64,000 bases of DNA, from the NCBI RefSeq assembly GCF_018977255.1, contig NW_024704742.1, positions 110,982,001 to 111,046,000 on the forward strand, in the 5' to 3' direction. Under the pieces are notes generated by a model. It searched no databases. It worked only from the letters and a program-made list of their open reading frames with translations, and had not been told where the DNA came from. Positions 62,801 to 64,000 of the stretch are shown here, one piece after another. Each line of letters begins with the position of its first letter. Within the stretch, counting starts at the first letter, position 1. Both the position numbers and the translations under genes were made by a program. The DNA comes from Callorhinchus milii. Its lineage: Eukaryota.

Positions 62801-64000
62801 TGTTTTTAAAAATTGGTTAAGATAACAACAACAACTACTTGCATTTATATACACACTTTCCATGATCATTTGGGTGACATAAGAAATTTGTGATCCGTAA
62901 TGTCAGGTACTAAACCTGCATGCTTATGACAAAGGCAGAAAACTTTGTGGTTTCTGTATGAACATGATGTAGTATATGCTGACAGGAAACTTTTCAACAC
63001 ATGACTAAACACACCGCATTTATCTCAAACACAACTTTTTTTGTGTGATAAACAATTTTGACAAGGTTATATAATATGCCTAAAAAGTTCAAATTTTCTG
63101 GTCTATATCAGGAGTTGTGGAACAGTAACTTCCATTTTATTCATATTTGCACAAGTTCAAACTTTATTTTTAAAGAAGCCACCAGTGTAAGTAAATGTCA
63201 GCAGAACAAATTTGTGAGGCAGACTGGTGGCTTTGTGCTTTAATGCACTGTAAAAGAAAGCAAAGCAGCGGTAAGAGATGGTTTGCACTCATGATAAGTT
63301 TCCTTTGAACAGGCTTCCAATAAGGAGGGTAAGAAAAATTGGAAACATGTCACCCAGGGGCAGCCAGTTCTACTCCAGTATTGAAAAGAGGCCCGAGAGC
63401 AAAAAGGTGCATTAGTGTGGAATTTACATTTGAATGATCATATGAGGAAAGTGTAATCTTTGCTGCTCCAGTGCACATACATAATAAAAACTGGTCAACA
63501 AGCCTCTGCGGATAAGGCAGTAAGGCGTGACCATGCTATGGTTTATTACATTGAGCCAAACTACAAGATTTCACAAGTACAGAAACAACCTCTCCCATGA
63601 TTAGCAAGGAGTAGAGATATCTCTAGATTGTATTTTAATCTTTGCACTTGGTTAAGTTTGGCACACATCATTTACAGTATTCTATATGATTAGAATAATG
63701 TACAGCCAGATTAGCAGACACACCAAACATCTGCTCACAATACAGAGACAAGGAGGGGGGGAATGGCATCACCCATGTGGTGACAAAATGCATGGTGTGA
63801 TTCTCAAATAGTAATTTAATGATTGGTGGGTGAGCACATCTTATTTTGCATTAATTGGATAAATGTTCCCACCTTGATGTTGTGAATTTAGAATGGGGTT
63901 TTCCAACCAAAACATGCAATCACTGGTAAGGTCAAACTGATCAGGGAATTGTTTCATGATGTACTGAATTCCAATTGTAAATGACTGCAGCACACAATAA

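Overview
Eukaryotic, vertebrate genomic DNA. The repeat repertoire suggests a cartilaginous fish, possibly a chimaera (inference only). The single host gene I can support is the 3' end of ADGRV1 (VLGR1/GPR98/USH2C) on the minus strand. Four GT-AG coding exons (58932-58811, 55440-55249, 48775-48598, 46395-46277) splice in frame and encode TM6, TM7 and the cytoplasmic tail ending in the PDZ-binding motif DTHL. Positions 1 to ~45,900 are intergenic. They and the introns are dense with transposon debris: L2 and CR1 LINE fragments, a young tRNA-Ala-headed Deu-domain SINE sharing a 3' stem-loop with L2, older SacSINE/AmnSINE-like Deu-SINEs, LF-SINE relics, two non-autonomous Helitrons and an unclassified four-copy repeat. 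Nearly all ORFs in the supplied track are repeat-derived or chance. I see no CRISPR array and no convincing new multi-gene system. The most interesting signals are in transposon biology: modular Helitrons, SINE/LINE tail covariation, a 5'-inverted SINE, templated inverted repeats at a CR1 5' end, an old local duplication and nested insertions that can be ordered in time. Repeat family names come from remembered consensus sequences, not a database search, and old-repeat boundaries are approximate.
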